A DNA stretch of 62,286 bases, counting the filler, from Sphacelaria rigidula (Eukaryota), in the NCBI GenBank assembly GCA_964200075.2. It is 10 parts of 10 records of this genome, joined end to end, with 100 filler letters (N's around TTAATTAATTAA, not from the genome) between each part and the next. Parts side by side here need not be neighbours in the genome. Positions count along the whole stretch, not along the records: positions 43,673 to 49,810 come from CAXNAA020021985.1; positions 49,911 to 56,048 come from CAXNAA020021986.1; positions 56,149 to 62,286 come from CAXNAA020021987.1; 7 more parts are not named here. One strand, 5' to 3'. Positions 49,606 to 62,286 of the stretch are shown here, piece by piece. The notes under the pieces were generated by a model. The model saw only the letters and a program-made list of their open reading frames with translations. It searched no databases and had not been told where the DNA came from. The position numbers were made by a program, and so were the translations under genes. How positions within the stretch are numbered: position 1 is the first letter of the stretch; each line of letters starts with the position of its first letter.

Positions 49606-51845
49606 CAGTCCTTGTAGTAGTAGTACTGTAGTGGTACAATAGTAGCTGGTCCTGCACCTGTGCTCATGTTCATGAATGAGTAATTCTTTTTGTCTGTTTT
49701 TCATTTCTCGGTTCACCCTATTTTGTTGTCGCTCTCTCATTCAGTGTTTTTCCTCTTCAATAATATGGAGGCGGTATTTTTGGAGATTAGGCGCCCCAAC
49801 ACAGTACACCNNNNNNNNNNNNNNNNNNNNNNNNNNNNNNNNNNNNNNNNNNNNTTAATTAATTAANNNNNNNNNNNNNNNNNNNNNNNNNNNNNNNNNN
49901 NNNNNNNNNNCCTCCAATGGATTTTTGTTGAGCCATATGAATATGGCTAGGGGGATGTTACAGATTTATTGGTCATTTTCCAGTCCACTAGGGTCCATGT
50001 GTCATACTTTGTCATGCTTGGTACCTTATGGGTCATTCTACATTGTGCGACCGGGCTGAGCAGCCTGCTCCCCCGTTATACGGCGTTTTGGACTAGGCAT
50101 CTTAACTAGCAAAGCACAAGTTAGCCTGTACGCCAATAACACAAGAGCATCTACGCCATCATGGACTACTATCTTAGAGGATTCTCTGGTCTTCACAAAT
50201 GTAAGCCTAACCTTCATGCAACATATGTTGTTCTGGCGTCTGAGCGGCTCATCGGGTCTGCAGCCCAACACTGCGAACACGACTGGCTCTGCACTCGGTA
50301 AAGTCGAGCTCGATGGCTTCGATACTCATGATTGTGTTTGAGCCCGCTAGCCCAGGTGCCCACTGACCTGGCACCTTCCTACCAAGGTGGTGAATATCGT
50401 ACCATGACATACCTCCTGTCTTTTGGCATGGGAGACCATTACATTGTTATTCAGGTATATTGGACTGTAGTGAAGTGTAGTTACTGACTGTAGTTGTAGT
50501 GGGGTTAGGCTGGTTGCGAAAGGCTGTCCCGGTCGTTTGTCGACCGTTTTGCTAGTATATCGCCTGTCTGGAAGCTTGCAATCACGTCCGCCTGGTGTCT
50601 CCTACATAATCGTGCGTGCCTCGCAGCAGTTTCACTCGCCGCGGTTACTGTGTTGACGTTTGGTAAGAGAGTGGGGGGGGTGGTGTGCGCCGGCGGCAAT
50701 GGACTGCCCCAACCGCTCTTGCAGCTTTTCCAGCGAAACGCCTGGCAGCGTCCTGGCCGTGCCTCTCAGCCACTCTTCCAGCTGAACGTGAATTGCATAT
50801 GGGTCGCTCTTTAGCGCTTCCAAATGGGGCGACGGGATTTTCACGTGTTCCGCCATATCACTGTTGCCGGCCGTATAGTGTGGGTTCCTACCCTCGCCAA
50901 GTGTTGATGATGCAGCCCACCGAAACGGTGCACTACTCTAATTTCAAGTATAATAGTGCGCGACTCTAAGTTCAAGTATACTAATGTGACGTATTGGTGC
51001 ACCGACCTCAAACTGAGGTTTTTCGCAGATTCTACTAACAAAATCACATGTAAAAAAGGAGTTTGTACCGTTTTGCGAGAGTTTCGTCGATGCACACAAT
51101 TGGACACACTTCGCCCGTCGCGTGATATCATTGGACAAACCCAACTGGACCGTTCCGGGATTTCATTTTCGGTACATCCATGACGTGTGCGTCTGGAGAC
51201 TTCTTTGGTCTTCCACAGTGAAAATAATTGCCGTCGGTCTTTTCTGTTACCATCTCTTCTTCTTTGTCAGGACTTCTCATAATGAGACGTCTGGCCTGGG
51301 GACGGGAGGGGAGGGTTTCCAGAGGGTTAATTCAATAATGTGTCAACCATCGGATATAATGACCCCGAACCGTAGTAGCACTAGCACAGTGGTCGCAAGT
51401 CGCAAGAATGACCGATTACATTACTTTAGAGTTCATGCCTATATTCGGCCTTTGGACGGACGACAGTCCAAAGTTCTCCTATTATAGCTGTGAACAAAAC
51501 ATATTTTAGTCCACATCGGCGCCGGCGCCCTTGAAGTCTGCCAATGGATACTTTGCCCAGAGCAGCCTTTGCACCTCCCTTGCCTGAGGGTCTTGTATTC
51601 CTTGGTTGTTCGTTTGGCTTCTTCATACAACAAACATTGCTCTGTGACGGTTACACAGCGGTGGAACCTACAGGCGGTGTAATTAGATAAATCCATTCTG
51701 TTTGCGTTGAGGACTGGCGATGTGTTCCCGGGACTTTCCTTTTTTATCGCCTCATCCCTCGACCTAAGTTAATAAAAGTCTACACGATCTACAAAGAACA
51801 CGTCGCCAAGTGCGTCCCATCTGTACGAGATATCGAATATTAGTT

Positions 51846-51899
51846 GGGTTCAGGGTCAGGGTCAGGGTCAGGGTCAGGGTCAGGGTCAGGGTTAGGGTT
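51846..51899 (+). repeat. Interstitial telomere-like hexamer array (TCAGGG)7 TTAGGG
   Basis: Directly visible. Confidence 0.85.
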
Positions 51900-52231
51900 G
51901 ACGTTCGAGACATATAAACCCCGAGATTGCTCTGCCATTCCTTCCTAGGACAAAGCGTAAGCTGCCCTCGTTAAAGGAGCAGCCTCTATACGGAAAATAT
52001 GATGGAGAAAACGAACAGGCACGACCGCACGCGTGCGGTCGTCAACAAGACTCATATTTATCAACCGATGAGCCGCTCTATTTTTCTGTACTGATGACTA
52101 TCGTTGCGCTGGGTGATCTTTTCATGCTTCCCGTTGTGATGTCTACCACAGGTTGTGATGTCTACCAGCAGAATATCTGACTCATCACAGAAGATATGAC
52201 ATCGCGAATAACTTCGTGCAACGTAACCAAT

Positions 52232-52418
52232 TGATGCCAAGCACAGGATTTTAATGAGCTCGGGAGAAATGACTGTTCGTCAATTGCCGTTCTGGGTTTC
52301 TTGGATTGCCCCAGAACATTGTGCTTGATGCCAGGGACAAGATTTCGATGAACTCGGAAGATTTGACTGTTCGCCAATTGCCGTTCTGGGTTTCTTGGAT
52401 TGCCCCACGACATTGTGC
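52232..52418. repeat. Two-copy ~94-bp tandem repeat
   Basis: TGACTGTTCG.CAATTGCCGTTCTGGGTTTCTTGGATTGCCCCA..ACATTGTGC occurs twice. Confidence 0.9.
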
Positions 52419-54804
52419 ATGTATTCAGTGCAAGCCATCGCGAGGTTGCAATTGGCTGGGCGAAAGGTGTTGACACAGCGGGTGATGAAGCATTTTTCAT
52501 GCAAGTGTGTTGCATGTTCCTCCGTTGCACTACTGTGCCGAGATATGGTAGAAAATGGCAGCGGCTAGACTTGTCCTGCGAGCCCTTGCCGTGCGGGTCC
52601 AACGCGACAAGGCTTACATTTGTGTGTGTAGAGGAAATGGACGAGCTACTCTTGACCCGTCCGTCCACCCATTTTGCACAAACTCTTCAAAGGTACAACA
52701 ACAACACCACCAAGAAAAATGATGCGACACGCCCCCAAGGCAACGAGCTCCTCTACTACTACTGTACGGTAGCAGCACACACACAGAGCTCTTGTGCTGT
52801 TTACTGACTGTATCCAATACCCATGTAGAAGCCCTCACAAAAACCTGATGTTGCAGTCAAAAATGAACTCACACTCCAGTGATATTGCACACGCTGATGC
52901 CCAGTCCAAGTCCCTCCACGTCCGTCGCACCCATCCATATTCCCGTGAACACGAAGGACGTCAACGGGAGAGCTGAGTTGCAAAGAGAGCTGACGAGCAC
53001 ATCACCCGCGAGTCGGATGAGCGGTTTCATCTCGCGAAACTCTCGCCGTCGACAAGAGCTCGACGTTGTGAGCGAGACAGCAGATGCTGTGTGCCGGTTC
53101 ATGGGAAGCATCTACTCAGGAATATACGAAACAAATCGTAGTTTTTATCTCAATCGCAGGTAGGTACACCCTGTGGCCTCGTCCGTGTTTCGTAGGAAAA
53201 AGCCACTGCGTAGCCAGATGTTGGCGATTGCAGTGTGTATGGAGAGGGGTGTGGTATTACGGAGGGGGCGGTAGTACGGAGGGGGCGGGCGTGTGTGTCT
53301 CTCTTGCTCGGCGATACGAACGGTATCTCTATATAGCTGTGGTTGGGGGTATACAATATCCCCGCCGATTGGTTGATTGGTTGACTGCTTGATCGATTGA
53401 TTGCACACACATGAACGAAATTCCGAAAACGCACCGGCTTTTTTGTTTTTTCCCCGGTCGGTTGGGTACCATCATCTCCCAGAACAATATTGTAGTCAAT
53501 GCTTGACACTATGGATGACGGTCTCTTCATACATCTCCAAACCATAATGGTTGACACTATAGTATGGTGGATTACGTTGTAACGTATGATGCACACTCGA
53601 GGGCTCTTGCAAACGTTTTCAGTCGATAGTAATTGCGAGATATAAGTTGTATGTTCTACAGGAAGGTCGGGGTACTTAAACGAAGAAAAGAAATCAAGTC
53701 CTGCATGTGTTGACCTTCCTCTTGGGCGGTGGGTCCATGGGTATGGGCCGAATTTCATAACGCAGACACTAATTTCAAGTAATTTAATTAAAATTATTAC
53801 CAGTCCCTCCACGTTTCACAATGCATTTCATAACGTAAACTTGATTTTAGTATAGACTCCGTCACACTCGTGTTTACCGGCCTTCTGCCGCCCGCAGCCG
53901 CATCACAGGACCGTGCTGCGGAGAGATGATATCTAGCGCAGCAACGACCTCACAAGGAGTGCTTTGTCTTTCTGTATATGGGTTGATGCACTAAACATTC
54001 GCTATGAACATCATTGTGCCTGCCGTATGGTCGTGGTGGCCGGGGTTGGCCTTGCAGTCTCCATCTGCGCTCCACTTAATCCTCCTCCTGTACCGTCGAC
54101 GCCTTTGGATACGGGACGGGTGTAAGATAAGACGGTGCTATCGTCGTCATTGTGCGTTGTTTCGTGCTCCCGGACGGCACGACCCCGAGAAGAGGATTTT
54201 ATCGGCATCAATGCTGCTAGCTCCCTATTGTTGGCCGTCGTGCTTTTATTCTTGATAGCTGGTGCTGATCGGTGCAGTACAGACAATACAGTACTCACGC
54301 GATGCCCACCGCCTCGCCAGGGTTGGCGCATGTTGCGGGAAAGATACAGTCGGTGCCGCGCCAGAAATTATTTAGAGATGTAATGGTGAAGACGACGAAG
54401 CACTATGAACATCGAACATAGGACAGCTAACGTTAACAGGTATTTCTCTTGCGTGTGCGATCCCGTGTGCTAGAGCACCGCCCCCTTTCGAAGGTGTGCC
54501 GTAAGCTTGATTCATCAACGTGATATGGTGCTATTGAAAATATCAAAATATCATCGATATACTGTACTGTTCTGGGCTGTAGCCAGCTGGCGGAGGGAAA
54601 TGAATCCCAGAACGGGCCTCAGCATGAATAGACACGAACACTTTCACCTTCTTGACCTTTCTGTGGTACATGAGGCTTGAGTAGCGCACGTGTGTACACA
54701 GCAACACAGCAATCCCGGGTTAAATCCCTTCGAGAATCATGGACAACAACGAAAAATAGCTGATATGAGTTTAATTATTTCATAACGACGCGTACCCATG
54801 AACT

Positions 54805-54910
54805 CGGTGCCTCCTCTTGTGTGACCCAGGTTGGTGCGCCCACATTTACAATTTACCAAAAGTGTAGACTGGCGCCCAGTATAGATAGGATGACAACACA
54901 AAAACACAAC
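54805..54910 (+). mobile_element. 5'-truncated SINE 3' end, same family as 41027-41388
   Basis: TGTGTGACCCAGGTTGGTGCGCCCACAT...TGTAGACTGGCGCCCAG...GACAACACA. Confidence 0.75.
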
Positions 54911-55198
54911 AATACTCTACACCCAGATAATTGATTACACTGTCTGTGTGTACATCTGCTACTATCTGTACGGTAACGCATGGTTAAGACAACAGTTGGT
55001 GTAGTGTGTACTGTTTGAACTACGGCGGCGTATACCTCTGAGAGTTGATGCGAACCGGTGCAGTACCTGTGTGTAGGTACTGAGAAGGTATGAGACCATG
55101 TCTGATGGAGACAAAAAAAATGAAGTGGGAAAAGGAAGCAAGCAAGCGGAAGAAGCATGTTCAATGACCACCGTAGTGCCCCCCTCCCGCTCCCTTAC

Positions 55199-55315
55199 CC
55201 TGAGAAAAAGCAACGGCGCTGTTCTTGGATGATGCGGCGCTTGCTTTTTTGACAGTACGCTTGCGCCTCTGAACTTCCGAATGATGTCTTTCGGCTCGCC
55301 AAGACTTTCTTGAAC
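55199..55315 (-). CDS. Candidate exon of an unknown minus-strand gene
   Basis: tag| acceptor and GG|gtaagg donor, 117 nt, open. Phase-compatible with a second candidate starting at 54660 (cacag|A-KVKKVKVFVSIH). No recognisable domain. Confidence 0.3.
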
Positions 55316-57030
55316 CTATTCGGAATGAATGGGTAACTAACATGCACAAACTGAGACAACAAATGGTCGCAAGCAATGGTTGTCCGTTGACTTCAGTACA
55401 AAAACCGATATTTGGATCTTCATTGTTCAACCCTTAGACCGCGGTGCGGGTAGTCCGTCTAGATCACTCATACTTTTTTCAAGTGGAAATTGTTGTCGAT
55501 TCAGCAGGTGACCTACCCTTGCGTTCGAGAGGCTGACGACAGTATAGTTCCAATTGCTCCGACATGCAGTAGCTCGTCCGAAGGGGGTACAGTGGCCGCC
55601 CGTAATTAAGAAAGGTTTAGTTAAGAACATGAGGCTGGGCCTTTCACGGAAAAAAAGGAAAATTGACTGCTGAGAAACACACCTCAAATTGGGCGACAAG
55701 ATGAGGGCCGTCATTTTCGACAAACAAAACAAATGAGAGAAGGTCTGAAATTTCGGCAATCGCCGAGGGCTCGTTATTATCTTGATCTACTCTCGCTGTT
55801 AGATTACACATGGTGCTGATCTCGTCGTTTGCTTGCCTTCGCTGGCAAAATAAAAGACAACGTTATGCTATACCTACCCGTGTATGGCGTTCATAACTGT
55901 GGTAAACATCCTTCTCACAACCTCTCCGTGACACGGGGGGGCAGTCGGACAGGCTAGGGCGTGATCTACGGGCTCTCTCGGGATGCTGCAGCAGCACAGA
56001 TGAGTGAAAACACCGACGGTAGAAAGCCCCGTGCATAGATTGCAGCATNNNNNNNNNNNNNNNNNNNNNNNNNNNNNNNNNNNNNNNNNNNNTTAATTAA
56101 TTAANNNNNNNNNNNNNNNNNNNNNNNNNNNNNNNNNNNNNNNNNNNNTTTTTTTTTTTGGTCTTTCTTTCTTTTCCTTTTTTTTCCTGTTCCTATTGTT
56201 TTCTGTTTTTTTTTTTTCCTCAGAGCGCGTTTGAATTCCGTTTTTCTTGGGTACGTACGTCTATCATGAAACCACGGCTGGACGCCTACATTGCCTGGGG
56301 GGTCAGTTAAAGTGCGACAATCAATCAAAATAAAAATCAACGTTTTGAGCCCGGGCAAGCCAGGCCGGGTCTGATATACGATTACTTACTACGATGATGA
56401 TGTTTACAATCTCTGACACCACTTTGTTTGGCAACAAATAAATCCGTATTTATTTGTACAAATATGAGGATTTCAGCGCGTTAAATTCCGGTTTCCTCCG
56501 GTGGATTGATTTTTCGGACCCCAGTCCGTTGAGCAATGTTTTTCGCCTAGTTCTGAGGAAACCAGATCAATTGTCCGATTCTCTGGGTTCTGACTTTTGG
56601 TTCATCAGCTTTCTGCTCAGATCGGGAGACTCCCGCATCTCCCCCGATTTGGGCTCCGTACAAAGTGGTCTAATAAGTCGCGGTTTCGATCCCCGCCGGA
56701 CCTTTTTAGTTTTTCTACTTTTTTCTTCTTTCTTCTTTCTTCTTTCTTCTTTCTTCTTTCTTCTTTCTTCTTTACTCTTTCTTCTTCTAAATTTCTGTTT
56801 TCCCCCCTTCGTCTTGATTTCTGTTTTCTTTGTTATCAATATATTTGGAGTGTATTTTTCTCCTCCTTTCCTCTTCTTGATGAAAGACGAGTTTTTTTCA
56901 AGGTTTGGTTTTTGGGTTGAAATTCCTGCGGTCGTAGTTCCAAATTGATTTTCCCTCTGCCTTCTGTCAGCTGCGTGAATCTGCCTGTTGTTGTCTGTTT
57001 TCAGTGCATCAGATCTATATTTGCGTTTTG

Positions 57031-58178
57031 CACACCCTCGACAATAGATCACATTGACGAAAAGAAGTGCAATGCGTATAATGTACAGTAGTCAGTGTCA
57101 GAAGTATGCAGAATTCGTAATTTCTTAGTTTCTCAGAGATCTTCCGAATGTGTTTCGCTTCCCCCCGCTCATCACAGTGACTGTTGGATGCCAAAAAATG
57201 GACACCTGGGGATATTTTAATCCTCTTGACAATTATTGGAAGAAAACATATCTGCGATCAGTATTGAGTGACTTCGGGACGGTATTGGAAAGGCGAGCCT
57301 ACGTCTGTGACCACGGGTTCGCGAGATCGGACTAATGTGCGGAAACAATAATAAATAATAATAATAATAATAATACGGGATCGACCGATCTTCGAGGGTC
57401 CTGCGAATGTGCAACCTCAGGTTCTAGCTTTTCGGTATTTTCGGTGGACCGACTCGATTCCGACCATATAATAAGTGAAGACTCGAAAAGGATTACGTTT
57501 TTGAAATTCCACATTTTCACTGCGCTAAAGCCGGAAAACTATGTTTCTTGGACCATTCACGGCCAATAACACCCTCCTGATAAAGCGGGGTCTTTACTCC
57601 GTATCGCCCCCACAACGCCAACTTGGACATTGTGATTTGAGTTCGGTCTGCTTATTTTACCAAAACTTTCGACGCTAGCACTTTCGAGTGTTCATGGAAA
57701 ATGTGATGCGAAAAAAGAAAAAAGCCAATCGCAGAAAATGCTAGACCGCGGTCTGTGCAGTATAGGAGGGAGGCACGATCTCCATCGTTATCGTGTAGAA
57801 TTATATACATATTCATGCACTGTATCCGAATATTTATCGTTTCGTCGCGGAAGAGCCGGAGAACCCTGTTTATTGGACCAAAAACGGTCAATAATACCCT
57901 CCTGATAAACGGGGTGTCTAGTCCGTATCATCCCAAAAACACCAACTTGGGCACTGTCGTTTGAGCTCGGCCTACACTTTCCCCCTAAATATATCGGCGC
58001 TAGCACTTTCAAGTAGTACTGAAGAATAGTTCTCGAGGAAAACTCCAGAACTACAACAACTACGAATTCTGAAGACTGCTGATGCTGACTACTATGTTGT
58101 CCGGTGCAATGGACGGTACATTCGATACTGTACGAAGTACACTTATTGTTGCAAATGCTGTCTCTTGTCCAGGGTGTG
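57031..58178. mobile_element. 1.15-kb element with CACACCCT(C/G)GACAA termini and ~100-bp diverged TIRs, carrying internal repeats
   Basis: Same termini as the 138-bp MITE. Flanks GCGTTTTG / GAGTTTCG match 6/8. Internal direct repeat 57548-57690 / 57873-58012, also present at ~30637-30690. Confidence 0.7.
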
Positions 58179-58889
58179 GAGTTTCGCAAACAAGTCTACA
58201 TGTGACTCCGCGTTCTTTGAATGTCTAGTCTAGGTATACAGTAAGTAGAAGTCGTGCTTTACCACACGCAGAAGAAATACGCACAAAAAACAAGATACCG
58301 CACGTTACCGTGGTGGCTGGTTTCTGTACCAGTGAGTATCAAGGTGGCCATAATAATAGCTACGATCCAAACACTCCGTACATCATCGTGATGACTGGTC
58401 CCTGCACCGATGATTACCAGGGTGATCATATCCCATAAAAAAAGTACCGTACTTTCCCGAGGTGGCTGGATACTTCGTTAAACGCCTCAAACCTCAAAAA
58501 GGCGTACCGAATTGAACCTGGGAACTTTTTATATGCTGTGCTGGATTGAGAGGGAATCGCGTTCCCCGGAAAGCGTCTATTTTTACGCCGTTCATGCCAA
58601 GGGTTGGTTGTGGAAAATTAAAATCATGACACTTGGACCTCGTGATGGAACCGCAAGGAGTCTATCTACGATAGACCCACCCCAAAACCAGCCCAAAACT
58701 GTCACGAAGGAAACGGTCATAACGCGACTGATGTTTGGTTTCAGGATGCATGAAGCGCCTCATACGGGCGACATTGGCGAAAACCATTCGAAGCGTGCGA
58801 ATTTTCAGCTGCTTGTTCTGCTCGGCTTTCTTTCACTTCGATTTTATGTGTTGATTTTTCCTCCTTGAACCAGCCACGTTCTTTTTTTT

Positions 58890-58938
58890 GAGGGGGGCGT
58901 ACTCATTTGTTGCTTGCGTTAGTCGTGTGACCATTGAC
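58890..58938 (-). repeat. Isolated LINE 3' terminus flanked by G-runs on both sides
   Basis: GAGGGGGGCGTACTCATTTGTTGCTTGCGTTAGTCGTGTGACCATTGAC, followed by TTT and a G-rich tract. Confidence 0.8.
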
Positions 58939-59099
58939 TTTGGGGGGGGGGAGGGGGGGAGGGGGCTATCGTAAAAAGACTCCAACATGTGGAATGTGAT
59001 TCCAACATTCTAGTTGAAAATACCTCCAAATTTATATATCCAAAAACGAACAAATAATGAAGGAAAATACCGAGAACTACTTGTATCTCAGGCCAGTTA

Positions 59100-59562
59100 T
59101 GATGGCGAATAAAAATAAACGTGTGGAAAGTGCATTTGGAGCTTCTTGTTGTTTAACGCCCCTCAAAGAGAGCTCGGCGGACTATGCACCTTGGAATGCC
59201 TTCCCGTACTCGTTGAGACGGTTCCAGCACTCTTGTGCGTTTGCCGGTGGCCGCAATTTTTTTCTTGCCCGGGCTTGAGTTTTTCTGGAGACCGCTCATT
59301 TTTCTGGAGACCGATCAAGTCCAGTCCAGTCCAGAAAAATTCCTGAACTTTGGCGAACTTGAGCGGTCTCCGAGAAAAATGCAAGTTTGGGCAAGAACAA
59401 CGCTGCGGCCACCGAAAAATCGCATAGGTGTACTGGACCTGTCTCAACGAGTACGGAAAGGCCTTTCAAGGTGTCAAAATCCACCTAGCTCTCTCTGAGG
59501 GCGTAGAACGACATAAATGCTCCAAGAATGCAGTTCTCCGGGAGCTTTTTTTTGTTCACTAT
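59100..59562. mobile_element. Foldback element with ~180-200 bp inverted arms
   Basis: 59123-59298 is the reverse complement of 59360-59540 (e.g. CCGTACTCGTTGAGAC / GTCTCAACGAGTACGG). Confidence 0.8.
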
Positions 59563-60597
59563 AAGAAGCGGCGCCTCACCAAAAAAGAACAGTCTTTAAT
59601 CTTGATAATTTGGGGGGGGGGGGAGGCGAACCGTTTGTACAAAGATAATAAACTCATTCAAATCACTATTACACGGAAATTGAGTACGTAATTTAGAATA
59701 ATGTTCGGGGGATATCTTTTTCAGCCTGCACTGCTGTGGTTGCCTTCGCAGCGTGCAGTTAGGATCGTCGTGCCGTGTTTGGTATCAACACAACAAGTGC
59801 AGGACATGCCGGCACTCTCGATTCGTGGTTTTGAAATTCTCCAAAGGCTGCAAGGGTCAAATTCAATATTCGTGAAGAAGTCTTCTACATTATGAGCGTC
59901 CGGTGGTTGAAAATATCGGGTCAAGCAACAAGTTGCACGACCCTATGCATATATAGAGGTGACGTAAAAGAAGCACTCTCTTCGTTTCATCAAGGACTGA
60001 CGACAATGACGCCAGTTGACCGCTAGAGGGGTTGGTACAACCGAGGCCACCTCCGTGCAAGCGCCACGTTAATATGAGGTCGAACGGACCGGAAACGCGA
60101 AGACCTCGCAAAAGATTGTTGGATGTGGGGAGAGCACACACGGCTCTCCCACTGATCGAGAGAGAAATGATGCAAATAATCGATGGGTCAATAACTCTCG
60201 GTCGGCGATTGACATCACCCACAGTACTCCTGGCGAAGTGATTCCTTCACCATGCATGCCGTCATTGTCCTCAATCTCTTTTTGGTAGTTAACTTTGTTG
60301 CCCATCACCGAGTTTGCTTGTTTAAGCGCTGATCGCGAAACGACACGCCCCGGCTCCCTTGTGTGTATCTACAGGAGCACCACGTCTTTGTTGTACGGTG
60401 AACCCCGCCCCCGGTGCTTTCTCGAGAAGAGTCCTGAGCCTTGAAGGATACACCCACCCATCTTCCCCACCTAAATTGCCCTGCACTTTCATCATCCAGC
60501 ATATAACTAGCATTGTCACACCCTGCCGAGTGCCAACAAAGCTTCATCCATCTCGTGTCGCCGAGTCAGGCTCTCTCACGTTTTCCAATCACTGTTG

Positions 60598-60671
60598 TGC
60601 GGTCGGGATTCGATCCTACGAGTCTACCCACACTGTAATGGCGTTGGCATACCAGTGCCACCACCGGGGGC
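60598..60671 (-). mobile_element. tRNA-like SINE head, body presumably extending leftward
   Basis: The minus strand reads GCCCCCGGTGGTGGCACTGGTA...GTAGGATCGAATCCCG, resembling the head at 41034-41100. Confidence 0.5.
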
Positions 60672-62234
60672 AGGGCTGCTACATATTTGTTCATTTCTTG
60701 GACAAACGTTTTGCCTCTCCCCTAACTCCTTCGCACAGGTCTGTAAACTCAAGGGATCAGCCCATATCTGCCCCGGTTCCTGGCCTGACACTTCGGTATC
60801 GCGGGTCGGACCAGTGTGTGCAAAGGAAACACTGGGATCTTCCGCGCAGCGAGGAAACGCGGGCCTCTATTCAATCTTCCGCGCGTGCAAAATGTTGAAA
60901 ACTAAAAAAGAGACGACGCGAACGAGTTGTTTCGTGCAAGAGACTCAACACTCCCGGTACCTGTCATGTCTCGTCGTCGGCATGTCTGCATCTCTCGTGT
61001 TTCCCGCACCCCCACCCCTCAAGATCCTGCTCTCCCTCCCTCCAGCCCCATACACCTCACAAGAGCTTTCGCCGATCGCCATGCTCGTACCCCCGCGTCT
61101 GACCGTGATTCTATCTTCGTGCTGTTTATACGTTTGGTGTGAGAACGAGAAGCGGTGGTGTAGTAGCGCATAGCCAGGAATCATTTATCAGGTCAAGGGC
61201 GAAAAATGCGATGAACATATCCTCAAATGCTGGAATGAGTCTAGATTATGGCGCGTAAGGTATACTTTTTCATTGAAGCTGGGGCTAGATGAGTGTAGGC
61301 ATATGTTAAATTAAGCTCCAAAACGATACTTTCGTTCGGTCGAAGGTCTGGCGACCCGCTCCATTTTTTTCACACACACCTTTTGAACAGAGTGTCCATG
61401 CTTTCGGTTCCTGAATTTGTCCGCGGGCAGTACCGCGAGAATGCGAACGATAGTTTTTGTAGGCGTAACTAGACGTTCAAAGGACAGGGGACCTTGGGGA
61501 TAGTGTCGCGAGGAAAATTGTGACTTGCAGTACCGTCGGGCAGAACATGTATGGTTCACTTTTTGCGAAGGAGTTCGGTCCAACCGACTAAATTTCACCC
61601 GGTTTGTCCGAGGATCGATAGGCATTCGCATGGGGAATACGATAGGGACTCTTTCAGGTCAAACATGTATGTTACCTTCGTGCTAGACGAGGAAACCGTA
61701 GGAAGGCCCCCGAGTCTACGCTGAATAGCACAGCTACAAAAATGTTTTTGAGTCTTGTGTAAGGAATACTATTAGATAATCAAATCTGTGGCAACAAATT
61801 CTTGAAAAAAAATGGAACCAGATCACTTCGATCCAGAGCGCATCTACAGAGTCAAAATCCATGGAAAGTATAAATCCGGGTCCCACAACACTGGTGAGTT
61901 CGCGGCGTGTTCATTTTTTTTCGAAACGGCGAACAAACGTCATTTTGCCAGCAAACATGTACCATGTTGTTTTCCATCATGTCCGAAAGTCCTGAAATAT
62001 TTTTCGACGCTGATCAAATGCCGTGCTTGAAAAAATTTCAACTTGGGACTCGAAATTTGCATCCACAAGCAGCGAAAAAATGCCGAAGAAAATAGCGAGA
62101 GTTGTGTTTTCCGACCCTGGGGCAACGAATTTCATAACCACCGAGGGCCCTGATTTCAGCCCCCAGGGCAGCGAATTTCTAGACTTGGTTTGAGGAGACG
62201 AATACCAGGTCCCGATGAAAATAATGGGTTGATG

Positions 62235-62286
62235 GGAGGTGGGGGGCGTACTCATTTGTTGCTTGCCTTAGTCATTTGACCATTGA
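62235..62286 (-). repeat. LINE 3' terminus at contig end
   Basis: GGGGGGCGTACTCATTTGTTGCTTGCCTTAGTCATTTGACCATTGA. Confidence 0.8.

Noticed and set aside
49911..50860. Coding-looking minus-strand stretch, possibly a TE remnant
   Set aside because: Multiple stops and no motif I can identify, so it cannot be assigned from sequence alone.
58890..62286. Two ~45-bp direct repeats 3.35 kb apart that might bound one element (LTR-like)
   Set aside because: Both are copies of the LINE 3' terminus seen in other contigs. They differ at several sites and enclose no coherent ORF.
9375..62286. All seven LINE termini have the same orientation
   Set aside because: Contig orientation is arbitrary or assembler-dependent, three copies sit at contig ends, and the sample is small. 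No biological inference drawn.

Overview
This window is not one locus. It is ten unrelated, size-sorted contigs (6 x 6139 bp, 4 x 6138 bp) joined by artificial 100-bp spacers (N44-TTAATTAATTAA-N44). The DNA is eukaryotic, repeat-rich, and has short GT-AG exons. It looks most like a brown alga (Phaeophyceae), which is an inference from the LINE/SINE and exon style. Host gene fragments: a six-exon gene of 35-aa six-cysteine repeats (contig 1), three in-phase exons of a charged helical protein (contig 4), a CRAL-TRIO/Sec14-like exon (contig 5) and two exons of a polyQ protein (contig 8). Mobile DNA dominates: a decayed LINE ORF2 3' end plus six more copies of its 3' terminus, tRNA-derived SINEs, several MITE/foldback families (some with readable target-site duplications, TSDs), a decayed Cys-repeat + OTU protease unit and a decayed putative transposase. 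Best leads: (1) a LINE family whose 3' end is a conserved hairpin followed by a C-run instead of poly(A); (2) a precise intron presence/absence difference between duplicated Cys-repeat exons; (3) the OTU/Zn-repeat relic; (4) a TG...CA element with long terminal inverted repeats (TIRs) and a 5-bp TSD; (5) the unclassified transposase-like relic. No rRNA, intact tRNA or CRISPR array was found. All family assignments come from motif recognition by eye, not database searches.
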